DNA of 64,000 nt from Mobula hypostoma (lineage: Eukaryota), in assembly GCF_963921235.1 (NCBI RefSeq), contig NC_086097.1:158908001-158972000 (forward strand). Direction: 5' to 3'. Below, in pieces: positions 1 through 12,713 of this stretch. Numbering within the stretch: the first letter of the stretch is position 1; the number at the start of each line of letters is the position of its first letter. The notes under the pieces were generated by a model. That model was not told where the DNA came from. It searched no databases and saw only the letters and a program-made list of their open reading frames with translations. The position numbers and the translations under genes are program-made.

Positions 1-23
1 CAGCAACTTTGATGTGTGTTGCT
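1..23 (+). repeat. End of a Penelope-like (Neptune-type) pseudo-LTR running off the window start
   Basis: CAGCAACTTTGATGTGTGTTGCT is the exact reverse complement of the terminus of the PLE at 28724-28746. Confidence 0.7.
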
Positions 24-3000
24 GGAATATAATGTTGGACAGTTGATCTGTTTTTATCCATTTGGTGCTACCAGCCAAAACCAATTTCACCACTTTATCA
101 TAAGAGATGGAGGAAATTAATAGTGGACCATTATTCCAGGAGAGAGGAAATAAATGATGTAAGTGTGTCTTTAATTCAATTACACAACCTTTCAAAACTA
201 TCCTTATTGGAAGTTAAAAACCAAAACCAAGCATGAAAATAATTTAAAGAGTCAATGTAATGGGCAGACAGTCGGGGATTTGGCGTCTCTGTTACAATAA
301 TCCTAATATACAAAACTCTGTGTTTATCATAAGCCCTTTTTTTCCATACACATTATGATTAATCTATGCCCAGAAGGATTTACAAACAAGGATGTTTGTG
401 AATGCTGTTGCATTTAAAAGTACACAAGGTACGTGCAAGATTAAGAAAGGGTCAGAAGGCAGTGGAGGCCAAATCAGATGTTTAAACCAGATGTTCATAG
501 GTTTTTCATTATAAGAGTGGCAAAGATTACAGGGAGAAGGATGGAAAATGGAGCTGAGAGGGAGAATAAATAAGACCATAAAACATAGGAGCAGAATTAG
601 GCCATTTGGCTGTCAGGTCTGCTTGGCATGCAATCATGGCTGATCCTTTTTTCCGCTCTTCAGCCCCACTCCCTAGCCATCTTTCCATAACCTTTGATGC
701 CATGTCCAATCAAGAACCTACCAAGCTCTGCCTTAAATACACCCAATGACCTGGCCTCCACAGCTGCCTATGGTAATAACTTCCACAAATTCACCACCCT
801 TTGGCTTAAGAAATTTCTTTGCATCTGTTTGAAAGGGTGCCCCTCTATCCTGAGGCTGTGCCCTCTTGTCCTAGACTCCCTGCTATAGGAAACATCCTTT
901 CCACATCTACTCTGTCTAGGCCTTTCAACATTCGAAAGGTTTTAATGAGATCCCCCCTCATCCTTCTAACTTTCAGTGAGTACAGAACCAGAGCCATCAA
1001 ACGTTTCTCATATGGTAACCCTTTCATTCCCAGAATCATCCTTGTGAACCTTCTCTGAACCCTCTCTAATGCCAGCACATCTTTTATTAGATGAGGAGCC
1101 CAAAACTGTTCATAATACTCAAGGTGAAGCCTCACCAGTGCCTTTTAAAGCCTCAGCATCACATCCCTGCTCCTGTATTCCAGACATCTTGAAATGAATG
1201 CTAACATTGCATTCGCCTTCCTCACCACCGACTCTACCTGCAAGTTAACGTTTGAGTTGTTCTGCATAAGGACTCCTAAGTCCCTTTGCATCTCTGGTTT
1301 ATGGATTTTCTCCCTGTTTAGAAAATGGTCTGCACATTTATTTCTACTTCCAAAGTGCACGACCATGCATTTTCCAACATTGTATTTCATTTGCCACTCT
1401 CTTGCCCATTCTTCTAATCTGTCTTAAGTCTTTCTGCAGCCTACCCGTTTCCTCAACACTACCTGCCCCTCCACCAATCTTCGTATCATCTGCAAACTTC
1501 ACAACAAAGCTATTTATTCCATTATCTAAATCTTTGCTATCTAGCATACAAAGAAGTGGTCTCAACACCGACCCCAACGGAACACCAGTAGTCACTGGCA
1601 GCCCACCAGAAAAGGATCCTTTTATTCATACTTACTGCCTCTTACCAATCAGCCAATCCTCTAACCACACCAGTAACTTTCCTGTAATACCATTGGTTTT
1701 AACTTGGTAAGCAGCCTCATGTGTGGTACCTTGTCAAAGTGCTTCTGAAAGTCCAAATATACAACATCCACTGCATCCCCTTTATCTATCCTATGTGTAA
1801 TCTCCTCAAAAAATTCCAACAGGTTCATTAGGCAAGATTTTCCCTTAATAAAACCATGCTGACTTTGTCCTATCCTGTCCTATGTCTCCAAGTACTTCAT
1901 AACCTCATCCTTAACAATTGACACCAAAATCTTCCCAACCACTGAGGCCAGGCTAACTGGTGTATAATTTCCTTTCTGCTGCCTTCCTCCTTTCCTAAAG
2001 AGTGGAGTGACATTTGCAATTATCCACTCCTCTGGCACCATGCCAGAGTTCAATGATTTTTTTGAAAGATCATTACTAATGCCTCCACAATCTCTACCAC
2101 TATCTCCTTCAGAACTCTAGGGTGCAGTTCATCTGGCCCGTGTGACCTATGTACCCTTATGTTTTTCAGATTTTTGAGCACTATCTCCCTTGTAATTGTA
2201 ACTGCACTCACTTCTCTTCCCTCACACCCTTCACCATCTGGCACACTGCTAGTGTCTTCCACAGTGAAGGCTGATGCAAAGTACTCATTTAGTTCATCTG
2301 CCTTCTCCTTTTCCCCTGTTATGTTTTCTCTGGCTTCATTTTCTAGCAGTCCTATATCCACCCTCATATTTCTTTTATTCTTTTACATACCTGAAAAAGG
2401 CTTTACTATCCATTTTGATATTGGTGCTAGCTTGCTTTCATACGTAATATTTTCCCTCCTAATGATCCTTTTAACTGCTCTGTTTTAAGAGCTTCCCAAT
2501 CCTCCATCTTCCCACTAATTTTTTGCTTTGTTGTAATCTTTTGCTTTTGACTTCCCTTGTCAGCTACAGTTGTACTATTTTGACATTTGAGTATTTCTTT
2601 GTTTATGGAATGCATCTATCCAGCACCTTTCTCATTTTCCCCAGAAACCCATGCCATTGCTGCTCTGCTGTCATTTCCGCCAGTATCTCTAGTGTAGCTG
2701 ATCCCCTAGTAGACTCATCGACAAACTGCTCTAAAAAGCTATCTCAGATGCATCCAGCAATCTCACTCTCTTGAGAACCATTTTCAACCTGATTTTCCCA
2801 ATCAATCTACATGTTAAAATCTCCCATGACTATCATACAATTGCCCTTTTGACACATCTTTTCTATTTCCTGTTGTAATCTGTGATCCACATCCCAGCTA
2901 CTGTTGGAAGCCCTGTACATAACTGCCTTCATTGTCCTTTTACCCTTGCAGTTTCCTAACTCAAACCGCAAAGATTCAACATCTTCCAATCCTATGTCAC

Positions 3001-3118
3001 ATCTGATTTGATGCCATTCCTTACCAGTAGAGCCATGCCAGCCCCTCTGCCTACCTTCCTATCCCTCCAATGCAATGTGTAACCTTGTATATTTAACTCC
3101 CAACTACAACCATCCTTC

Positions 3119-3501
3119 TTCGGGTAGATGGAGCTCGATAGCCTGAGAAGGCAGTCCATCTAAGAGAGGGAAAACTCTGATTTCAACACTCTGCTGACTT
3201 GCAGCCATACTCACTCATGGAAAAAAATTCGGGAATAAACCCTGAGGACAAATCCGGAGCTGGAGTCCCTAAGGCAGTCCGACGTTGCCTTCAACCTTGT
3301 TCTGGCAACTCCTGCGACGACACTGGTGCCAAGCTGTATCAGCCCTTGCCCTTCCCTTGAACAGCATCGGTGTTGTGAAGAGGGGAGACTTGCTGCATGG
3401 GCAACAGCCGGTTTTCCGTAAAACCTTGCCCAGGCCTGCACTCTGGAGAAATCCAGGCGCAGATCCATGGTCTCGCAAGACTAATGGATGCCACCACCAC
3501 C
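3119..3501 (+). mobile_element. Short non-autonomous retroposon with RTE-5'UTR-like body and (CCA)n tail, inserted in CR1
   Basis: 13-bp TSD ACAACCATCCTTC at 3106-3118 and 3502-3514. Contains GGCAGTCCATCTAAGAGAGGGAAAACTCTGATTTCAA, which resembles RTE 5' UTRs. Its 3' half matches 11907-12095. Confidence 0.8.
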
Positions 3502-3894
3502 ACAACCATCCTTCAGCCCCAATTCATTGATGGCTACAGTGTCATAGATGACATTCTTTAATAATGCAACAAGATCTTCCGCCTTATTTCTTGTATTCCG
3601 TGCACTGAGATATAACACTTTGAGTACTGTTTTCGCTACCCTTTTTGATTCTGCATCCCTAATGAACTGATATTCACCCTGTTAGCTGCAATTTTCTCTT
3701 ATCATCTGCCTGCCCTTCCTGACAGTCTGACTGTACACTATCTTTTGTTTTTTTTTACCATCTATCCTATCTTGATCCCTTCACTCTGGTTCCTCCCTAA
3801 CAGCGTTAACAAACTTGCCCGCGAGAATATTGGTTCTCCTCGGGTCAGATGCAACCAGTCACTCTTGAACAGGTCATACCTCCCTCGGAAGAGA

Positions 3895-4374
3895 TCAATG
3901 ATCCAAGAATCTGAAACCTTGCCCTCTGCACCAGCTTCTCAGCCACGCATTAATTTGCCAAATCATCCTATTTCTACCCTCACTGGCGCGTGGCACAGGC
4001 AGCAATCCAGAAATTACTACCCAGGAGGTCCTGCTTCTCACCTTTCTACCTAGCTCTCTAAATTCACTTTTCAGGACCTCTTTGCTTTTCCTTCCAATGT
4101 CATTGGTACCAATATGTACCAAGTCATCTGGTTGCTCTCCCTTCCTCTCCAAAATGTTGTAGACGCAATCTGGGACGTCCCTGACCCTGGCATCTGGGAG
4201 GCAACGTACCATCCAGTCGTCCTGTTCATGTCCACAGAATCTCCTGTCTCTTCCTCTGACTGTTGAGTCCCCTATCACTACCACTCCCCTCTTCTCTCTT
4301 TTTCTCTTCTGCACCATGGCCCTATGCTCAGTGCCAGTAATCCTGGCAGGCACCCAGCTACTTGCCTCCTGCAA
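3895..4374 (-). pseudogene. CR1 ORF1 SGNH/GDSL esterase domain remnant
   Basis: VVVIGDSTVRG, LVHIGTNDIG and ISGLLPVP motifs; homologous to 40375-40905. Confidence 0.88.
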
Positions 4375-5518
4375 CTTTGGGGTGACTGCTTCCCTGTAAT
4401 TCTGATCGATTATCTCCTCACTCTCCCTTACAAGCGAAATCAGCCATAATCGAATGGCAGAGCAGACTTAATGGGCTTAAATGGCCTAATTCTGCTCCTT
4501 TGCCTTATGGTCTAATGCTCTTTTGCTGGCATGGGATAAAACCCAAAATAAGTCTATGCTTGTATCATGTAAAAAGAGTAATTACATTGCCATTTTGTTG
4601 AACTGCAAATTCTATGTAAGGGAATATCAGGGAAATGTTAATAAAAATCTAAAAATAATCTCACTTAAGGAAATAGAATGCCTTCAGTGACAAAGGGAGC
4701 ATCGCACTGGTGTAGCATTAATAATATTAAGTGGTATTGTCATCACTGCATTCCCTACTATCAATGTCCTTTGGGTTACTATTGTGATAAAAACAGCCAC
4801 TTTAGTGTCATTGCTGCCCCAGCAGGTCAGAGGCTGGATATATTTTACTGAATGATTTTTTTCCCGATTTAAAAGGCCCTTCTACTGCCCACAAGGGACA
4901 AAGTAGCAATCCAAAGGAGTATATGTTACTTGCCTAGACAGCTGAAGAATTTACAAAGCTCAGCAGCGTCCTAGACAAAGCGATATGCTAGCCACTTCAT
5001 TCAGTAGCCATAAATATTCTACTTGCTCCACTACCAATGTATTGTGGCCCCTTTAGTATACTTTCTATCTCTAGGGTGAAGTACAAGCACATCCTCAAAA
5101 TGTCTCTTGTAATATCTCTCCCTCAGTGCAGAAGGCCAATAACAGCAAAAGAAAGCTACTACCCTCAAGTTCCTTCCGAGTTACATGACATCTTGACCTA
5201 ATGGTGTAAAGGGCATTATTACTTAGAATTCCTTACAGCCTAGAAAGAGGCCATCTGGCCGGTCAAACCCATGCTGGTTCTCAAGACAATCCCACAATTT
5301 ATTTGCCTATAATCTATTCTCTGTCAACTTTCGACCTTGACAGAGACATTCATTTTAAAAGAAAATCTTTCTTTTAAAGCTGGACTGAGATGCATGGTAA
5401 GACAGTAGGAAAAAGTGTTAAAGAAAGAATTTAGACATATGTTGGCTGTAACAGTATTTCATGTCTACATAATATCCCAAATTACTTTGCAAACTTTGAA
5501 TTAGTTCTGTAGGCACTA

Positions 5519-5779
5519 GAAACATAGAAACATAGAAACATAGAAAAGCTACAGCACATACAGGCCCTTCGGCCCACAAAGCTGTACCGAACATGTCCTT
5601 ACCGTAGAACTGCCTAGGCTTTACTCATAGCCCTCTATTTTTCTAAGCTCCATGTATCCATCCAGGAGTCTCTTAAAAGGCACTATCGTTTCCACCTCCA
5701 CCGCCTCCGCTGGCAGCTCATTCCACGCACTCACCACTCTCTGCGTTAAAAACTTATCCCTGACATCCCCTCTGTACCT
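5519..5779 (-). mobile_element. CR1 3' end fragment with (AGAAACAT)n tail
   Basis: Tandem GAAACATA x3 tail; 6-bp TSD GCACTA at 5513-5518 and 5780-5785. Confidence 0.85.
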
Positions 5780-5824
5780 GCACTATGGAGTGTAGGTAAA
5801 AGCAACAGCCAAATTCATGAGGTT

Positions 5825-6912
5825 GGAGACTCACAGACAGGACCCAGGCTGTAAAGATAGGTGACAAGCTTTCCTCTACAATCACTGTGGGCACCGGTGC
5901 CCCACAAAGCTGTGTACTCAGTCCCCTGCTGTACTCACTGTACACCCATGTTTGTGTAGCCAAGTTTCCATTAAACTCAATATATAAGTTTGCTGGTGAC
6001 ACAACAATTGTAGGCCGTATCTCAGGTAATGATGAGTTTTGAGTACAGAGAGGAAATTAAGAACCTGATGGCATGGTGTGAGGACGATAACTTATCCCTC
6101 AACGTCAGTAAGACGAAGGAATTGGTTGTTGATTTCAGAGGGAGTAGCGGACCACACGACCCAATTTACATCAGTGGTGCGCAAGTGGAACAGGTCAAAA
6201 GCTTTAAGTTCCTCGGGGTCAATATCACAAATGACCTGACTTGGTCCAACCAAGCAGAGTTCACTGCCAAGAAGGCCCACCAGTGCCTTTACTTCCCGAG
6301 AAAACGAAAGAAATTTAGCCTGTCCCCTAAAACCCTCACTAATTTTTATAGATGCATTGTAGAAAGCATAGTTCTAGGGTGCATCACAACCTGGTATGGA
6401 AGTTGTCCTGTCCAAGACCAAAAGAAGCTGCAGAAGATCGTGAACACGGTGCAGCACATCACACAAACCAATCTTCCATCCTTGGACTCACTTTACACAG
6501 CACGCTGTCGGAGAAGTGCTGCCAGGATAATCAAGGACACGATCCACCCAGCCAACACACTTTTCGTCCCTTTTCCCTCCGGGAGAAGGCTCAGAAGCTT
6601 GAAGACTCGTATGGCCAGATTTGGGAACAGCTTCTCTGCAACTATGATAAGACTGCTGAACAGATCCTGACCCAGATGTGGGCCATACCCTCCAAATATC
6701 TGGACCTGCCTCTCGTTCTTTTTGCACTACCTTACTTCCCATTTTTCTATTTTCTATTTATGATTTATAATTTAAGTTTTTAATATTTACTAATTTAAAC
6801 TATTTTTAATATTTAATATTTGTAATCCAGGGAGTGGGAAGCGCAGAATCAAATATCGCTGTGATGATTGTACGTTCTAGTACCAATTGTTTGGCGACAA
6901 TAAAGTATAAAG
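5825..6912 (+). mobile_element. Rex1/Babar LINE, 5'-truncated (RT C-terminal half and DUF1891-like region)
   Basis: GAPQSCVLSPLLYSLYT..KFAGDT, then ORF 6029-6670 (WCEDDNLSLNVSKTKELVVDFR, KKAHQCLYF, LPSGRR-like). AT-rich 3' UTR ends GACAATAAAGTATAAAGTAT. Confidence 0.88.
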
Positions 6913-8705
6913 TATCTTTTTATTATTAACTAAGTGAGGAATAACTGTTCCCGTGTTCTCTTATTTCTACCCATTCTAATTTTATTAATTTTCTGGCTGT
7001 TCTTTCAAATTTCTGACATTTGTCACTGAGCAGTTTTCTAAATATTTCAATTCTCAAGGCTAGTGTCACATTATGTTTTCATTTACAGTATGAATGGAAT
7101 GTGGCTGTTGTTGACAGTGCTATCATCCATTTCCCAGTTCTATACCCCCTGGACTTGATAGCTTGCCAGATCAGAGGGCAGGTAAGAGTCAGCCATTTGA
7201 TTCTGAATGTGAAAGCACATCAGAATAAGACAGTATATGGATAACAAGGTATTAGCGAACCAGACAGGTTTTGATGTCAATCCTGTAAGATCATGATTCC
7301 GCAGTAATTGGCTAACACTTTAATCCCTATTATTTCAGTTACTTATTTCCTAAACTGCTATGGTGGATTTAATTCCTGTCCTTAGATCATTAGTCCAGGT
7401 CTGTGAATTTCTGGTCCATTAACTCAATTTGTGAAGTGTCATTCCTAATGATGTGAACTACCCAATTGTTCTTAACATTTTAGATAATGCAAAACAAATG
7501 TGACCATGGTCTGGCTTCAGGCATTAAGCAATTAGGGAAGAGATGATGGAATGAGACATAAGGTGCATTGTTGCCAGAAATGACAACATTTTCTTCTGGC
7601 CTTTAGAAGGTTGAGGCAAAGCAGCAGATTTGGCTGCAGATTAATTAATATTCACCTTGTTTCTTTTTTTTTCAATTTAACTAATATAAAGGAGGAGGTT
7701 ATTTAATTTGTATTTAGTCAAAACTGGAAAATTTCCAAATAAGTTTGCATGATATTAAGAAGGCAATATGTCAGCCTAACACAGGAGAATTGTTCACTGT
7801 GTAAAGTGTTATTAAACTAAGCAACTCAAGTTGAGAAGAAGATAATTAAGGGAAGTGTTTGGTTTTGCTCTGGACTAAGGAAGAGGAGTAATTTGGAGCA
7901 GCCTGGTAAAACAACCATCTCAAAGGTTGGGCTTTAACTTAACATTGTCCCAGAGAATCCTGTGCTTCTGTTAGTCAAGAATATTGTTTTTAACAAAAAA
8001 TCCAAAAACAGGGAAGCTTGTATTTGCATGACACTCCAAAGTAACAGGATCAAATTCATCTTCACCTTGTACAGTTATTGGCCCAGTTTGCTTTATGTTT
8101 ATTGCATGTCAAGAAGTTCAAGAACTAATTCCAATTTTGTTCTACCAATGGCTGGTATAAATTATGCTTGTTTAGAAGATATAAATCTTTGTAATTAATT
8201 CAAAATTCTGAGGTAATTTTCATTTTTGTTTGATCTTATTTCAAAGTTACTATAATATCTAATTAGACTGGGTGAAAATCTGTGGATATTACCTTTAGAA
8301 GTTATCATCAATTAAACCATTAAGTGGATCACGTTCAATGAATATTAGTCTTTTTGCATCTTATTAATTCATATAACAGAAGTTGATTATGATGAAATCA
8401 GTGTTTTAAAGAGCCACAATGTAAGCTTATAACATATTAGAATTTTGTAATATACATTCAGATTTGACATTAAACTTGAAAAATATCTTTCATGTTAATT
8501 TATTTTGAAGACATCTTATGTTCTTCCTATTGGTAAGAATTTGCCTCTTGGAAATACCCAACCTTACTTCATCAACATTTATGAAAAATTGAGTGAAAGT
8601 ACAGGTTCAAAATTTGCACTACTGTATTTCCATTTAAATTTTGGAAAAATCCTGGAATGTTATGAAGCAGTTCAATATCATTGTCACTTTTATTTTACTA
8701 AATTA

Positions 8706-8897
8706 AATAAAACAATAAGACAGAGATGCAGAATTGGGCCATTCGGCTCATTGAGTCTACTGTGCCATTCCACCATAGCTGAACCATTATCTCTCTCAAC
8801 CCCATTCTTCTCCTTTCTCCCCATAACCTTTTGATGTCATGACTAATTGAGAATCTATCAATCTCTGCTTGAAATATATTCAATGACATGGCCTCCA
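8706..8897 (-). mobile_element. CR1 3' tail fragment
   Basis: ATAAGACAGAGATGCAGAATTGGGCCATTCGGC tail; antisense translation gives MEAMSLNIFQAEIDRF. Confidence 0.8.
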
Positions 8898-9772
8898 CAT
8901 AAGTGGTTAGTTTTATGACAAGATCAAGATCTGAGCAATTTTGTTAGGAGGAGGCTAACCTACCTGATATTAGCCTTCACTCCACCCATCTACCAAATAC
9001 ACCATTCCTGAGCTTAGCACCTTTTTTGGACCTTAGCACTGAAGTGCTCCAGGATTGAGTCGACACCTTCTGAACGGCAGACCAAGGTTTTCTCATGTTC
9101 AAATGAAACATTCATTTATCTCATAATGGAAGTTGGTGAGATGCCAAAATAGCTTTTGTCTGGTAGCAAAACCAACCTAATGAAAACAGCTTTCTTCTTC
9201 CAGTAAAGGATCTACCTATAGCCTTGATTTCATAGTCGACCATGTTAGGATTTGTTCAGGTGCCAATGTCAGACCGTCTAAGTTTGTGGGCTATCATCGC
9301 AAACTAGTGTGTAGATCTCTGACTGTTGTATTGGTTGAAAGTTCTCACATTCCAGGCCCTGGATTTCATACTGAGTAGTAAGTATTGGCTATATGTTAGT
9401 TTGTTTAATGTTGGGTGGCAGTTGAACACCACCTATCACATGGGCTTGATTGAATGAGATCTTGGTCCATTGGCAAGATGCTTTAAGATATTTGGAGATC
9501 AGATTCCAGTGCTTGCTCATTAATGCATATATGTATTCCCCCATTAATCTACACATATAACAGGGTAGATTTAGACATGGACATAGTGCAAACTGCATCA
9601 ATACCCCATCACTGGAACTTGTTGACCTTTGTCATCATCCTTAAATCTCCTCTCCTTTAATGTCTTTGCAAAACATGTTCTGCCATCTATCAAAGTTTCC
9701 CACCAGTATTACTTCCAGTGCACAAGCTCCTGTCTACATCGACAGTATAGAAGTTCAGAACTTGCCAATCCC

Positions 9773-10017
9773 AGCGTGAGCATCACCAATGACCTATCTC
9801 GGTCCAGCCACGTAGACGTCATGGCCAAGAAAGCTCACCAACACCTCTACTTCCTCAGTAGGCTGAAGAAATTGGGTATGTCCCCATCAACCCTTACTAG
9901 TTTGTTTTTATCAATGCGTCATAGAAAGCATTCTATCTGGATTCATAACAGCTTGGTACAGCAAGCACAAGAAACTGCAGAGAATTGTGGACACACCTCA
10001 GCATGTTATGGAAACCA
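9773..10017 (+). mobile_element. Rex1/Babar fragment
   Basis: VSITNDLSRSSHVDVMAKKAHQHLYFLSRLKKLGM, homologous to 6029-6670. Confidence 0.8.
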
Positions 10018-10605
10018 AAGTTCAAAGTAAATTTATTATCAAAGTACATATATGTCGCCACATACTGCTCTGAGATTTATTTTCTTGTGGGCATACCCAA
10101 TAAATCTATATAATAATAAACATAACAGAATCAGTAAAAGACCACACGGCTAGGGTGTACAACCAGTGTGCAGAAGACAACAAACAGTGCAAAGACAAAA
10201 AGAAGGAATAATATTAAATAAATAAATAACCAATAAATATATGACCATGAGATGAAGAGTCCTTGAAAGTCAATTCATTGGCTGTGGAAACATTTCAATG
10301 AGCTCAGTGAACATTTCAATGAAGTTGACTGGCGTTGTCTGCTTTGGTACAAGGGCCTGATGTTTGAGGGGTTATAATTCTTCCTGAACCTGGTATTGTT
10401 GAGTCCTGAGGCTATTGTACTTTCTTCCTAATGGTAGCAGTGAGAAGAGAGCATTTCCTGGGTGGGGGGAGTTCCTGATGATGGTTGCTGCTTTCCTGTG
10501 ACAGTGTTTCATGTAGATGTGCTCAATGATTGGGAAGGATTTACCTGTGTTAGACTGAGCCATATGCATCGCTTTTTGTAGGGTTTTCCATTCAAGGGCA
10601 TTTCT
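10018..10605 (-). mobile_element. Rex1/Babar 3' end with 3' UTR
   Basis: HCHRKAATIIRNSPHPGNALFSLLPLGRKY on the minus strand; tail GTTCAAAGTAAATTTATTATCAAAG at about 10020. Confidence 0.78.
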
Positions 10606-10639
10606 CATGAGCATTTGCAGTAAATGCAAAGAAACACAA

Positions 10640-11136
10640 TGGAATTCTAACAGATTTGTCAGGCAAGATTTCCCTTCATGGAAGCTATGGTGACTTTGAC
10701 TTATTTTATCATTAGTCTTCAAGTACCTCGAAACCTCATCCTTAATAATAGGCTCCAACACTTTCCCCACCACTGAGGTTAGGCTAATTGGCCAATAATT
10801 TCCTTTCTTTTGCCTTCCTCCCTTCTTAAGGAGTGGAGTGCCATCTGCAATCTTCCAGTTCTCCGGGACCATGCCAGAATCAAGTGATTCTTAAAAGATC
10901 ATAACCAATGCATCTGTTATCTCTTCAGCAACCTCTCTCAGGACTCTGGGATATAGTCCTTCTGGCCCAGCTGATTATCCACCTTAGAACCTTTGAGTTT
11001 GCCTCACACTTGTTCCTTTGTAATAGCAATGACACTCACTCTGGTTCCCTGACACTCACGAACCTCTAGCACACTGCTAGTGTCTTCCATACTGAAGACT
11101 GACGCAAAGTACCCATTAAGTTCATCTGCCATTTCT
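10640..11136 (-). mobile_element. CR1 internal ORF2 fragment
   Basis: MVPENWKIADGTPLLKKGGRQKKGNYWPISLTSVVGKVLE..GKSCLTNLLEF. Confidence 0.85.
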
Positions 11137-11906
11137 GTCCTCAAGTCTGACAGTTACACTTTCAGGCTTTTGTATCTTTCGCTTGATGGAATAGGAGAGA
11201 CAAGAGAATGCCCAGGGTGTGGGTGCATCTTTGATGACGCTGGTAGTGAAAAGGATAGTAATACATGGAGAGAAGACTGGTCATTATAGTTGGCTGAATT
11301 AAAAGTGGTCACAAATCAGCATATAGGAGGGAGATTGAAAATATGACTGAATGGTGCCACGACAACAACCTCCCTCTCAACATCAGCAAAACCAAAGAGC
11401 TGATTATTGACAACAGGTATATGAAACCAGAGGTCCATGAGCCAGTCCTCATCAGGAGATCAGGGGCAGAGAGGGTCAGTAATTTTTCATTCCTGTCCAG
11501 GCTCCAGCACGTAAGTACCATTACAAAGAAAGCACAACAGTGCCTCCACTTTCTTAAAAGTTTGCAAAGATTCGACATGTCAGTGAAAATTTTGACAAAT
11601 TTCTAAAGATGCGTGTTTGGGAGTATACTGATTGGTTGTATCACGGCCCGGTATGGAAACATCTATGCCCTTGAATGGAAAAGCCTATAAAAAGTATTGA
11701 ATACAGCCCAGTCCATCACAGGTAAAGCCCTCCCCACCACTGTGTACATCCACATGGAGCGTTGTTGCAGGAAAGCAGCATCCATCATTGGACGCCCACC
11801 ATCCAGGCCATGCTCTCTCCTTGCTGCTGCCATCAGGAAGGAGATACAGGAGCCTTAGGTCCCACACCAAAAGTTTCAGGAACAGTTATCACCCCTCAAC
11901 CATCAA

Positions 11907-12201
11907 TGGCATCTGTTAGTCTTGCGAGACCATGGATCTGCACCTGGAAAGTCTTCACTCTCCAGGGCGCAGGCCTGGGCAAGGTTGTATGGAAGACGGG
12001 CAGTTGCCCATGCTGCAAGTCTCCCCCCTCCATGACACCGATGTTGTCCAAGGGAAGGGCAAGGGCCGATACAGCTTGGCACCAGTGTCGTCACAGAGCA
12101 CTGTGTGGTTAAGTGCCTTGCTCAAGGACACAACACGCCGCCTCGGCTGGGGCTCGAACTCACGACCTTCAGATCGCCAGTCGAATGCCTTAACCACTTG
12201 G
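11907..12201 (-). mobile_element. tRNA-derived SINE with CORE-like segment and RTE-like 3' body
   Basis: Minus strand reads CCAAGTGGTTAAGGC (A box) ... GAGTTCGAGCCC (B box) ... TGTGTCCTTGAGCAAGGCACTTAACC (CORE-like). 13-bp TSD CCTCAA(C/T)CATCAA at 11894-11906 and 12202-12214. Confidence 0.85.
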
Positions 12202-12305
12202 CCTCAATCATCAACCTCCTGAAAAAGAGTGGATAACTTCACTCTCCAAAATCTGAGCTTTCTACAACCTATGGACTCACTTTCAAGGACTCTACAACAC
12301 GTCAT

Positions 12306-12580
12306 TTTACTTATTTAGACATACAATGTGGACCAGGCCCTACTATTGCAACCCACCTATTTAACCCTAGCCTAATCACAGGATAATTTACAATTAACCT
12401 ACTAACCAAAACGTCTTTGATGGTGGGAGGAGACTGAAGCACCCAAATGAAATCCATGCGCTCACGGGAAGGATGTAAATTCTTCTTCCAGATGGCATCA
12501 GAATTGAACTCCGAACTCCGAACTCTGATGCCCTGAGCTGTAATGGTGTCTCGATAACCACTATAGAACTGTGGCACCCC
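12306..12580 (-). mobile_element. V-SINE (HE1-like)
   Basis: V-domain-like GGTGGGAGGAGACTGAAGCACCCAAATGAAATCCATGCGCTCACGGGAAG and TTTAACCCTAGCCTAATCAC, shared with 16855, 26670 and 47190. Confidence 0.72.
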
Positions 12581-12713
12581 AATATGTTCTCAATATTTCT
12601 TAATTATTTATTATTATTTTGTTTTTCTTTTGTATTTGCACAATTTGTCATCTTTTGCACATTGTTCATTTGTACATCTTTGTTTGTGTGCAGCTCTCCA
12701 GTGATTCTATTGC

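Larger units (their letters stand above)
572..4436 (-). mobile_element. CR1 LINE, 5'-truncated within ORF1, degraded (ORF1 esterase, APE endonuclease, RT remnants)
   Basis: Minus-strand ORF fragments: GVPLGSVLRPLL..KFADDTK (RT), GPDELHPRVLKE, IVMGDFN (APE), RLHLEYYEQFWAP (CR1 C-terminus). 3' tail TAAGACCATAA..ATAGGAGCAGAATTAGGCC at 572. Confidence 0.93.
495..4517 (+). mobile_element. Older CR1 3' tail fragment (about 495-571 plus 4437-4517) split by a younger CR1 insertion
   Basis: Joining ...GGAGAAGGATGGAAAATGGAGCTGAGAGGGAGAATAAAT to CAGCCATAATCGAATGGCAGAGCAGAC...CTTATGGTC restores a CR1 3' end like that at 13900-14014. AAAT is duplicated at 568-571 and 4437-4440. Confidence 0.7.
11320..12712 (+). 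mobile_element. Rex1/Babar 3' portion interrupted by two SINEs
   Basis: WCHDNNLPLNISKTKELIID, KKAQQCLHFL and LLPSGRRYR motifs; continuity resumes after the TSD at 12202-12214 and again after about 12582. Confidence 0.78.

Noticed and set aside
572..4517. Apparent ~75-bp terminal inverted repeats (572-650 and 4441-4517) around a 3.9-kb unit
   Set aside because: Explained by a minus-strand CR1 inserting into a plus-strand CR1 tail (AAAT duplication); both arms are CR1 3' tails, not TIRs.
10372..10872. 166-aa ORF fusing CR1 RT to a Rex1 C-terminus
   Set aside because: Chance read-through across adjacent decayed fragments; it lacks RT catalytic motifs and there is no sign of a functional chimera.
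12140..12203. tRNA-like sequence (also 38167-38240)
   Set aside because: These are SINE heads continuous with a CORE-like segment; the 12201 copy is bounded by a TSD, and neither has a proper acceptor stem.
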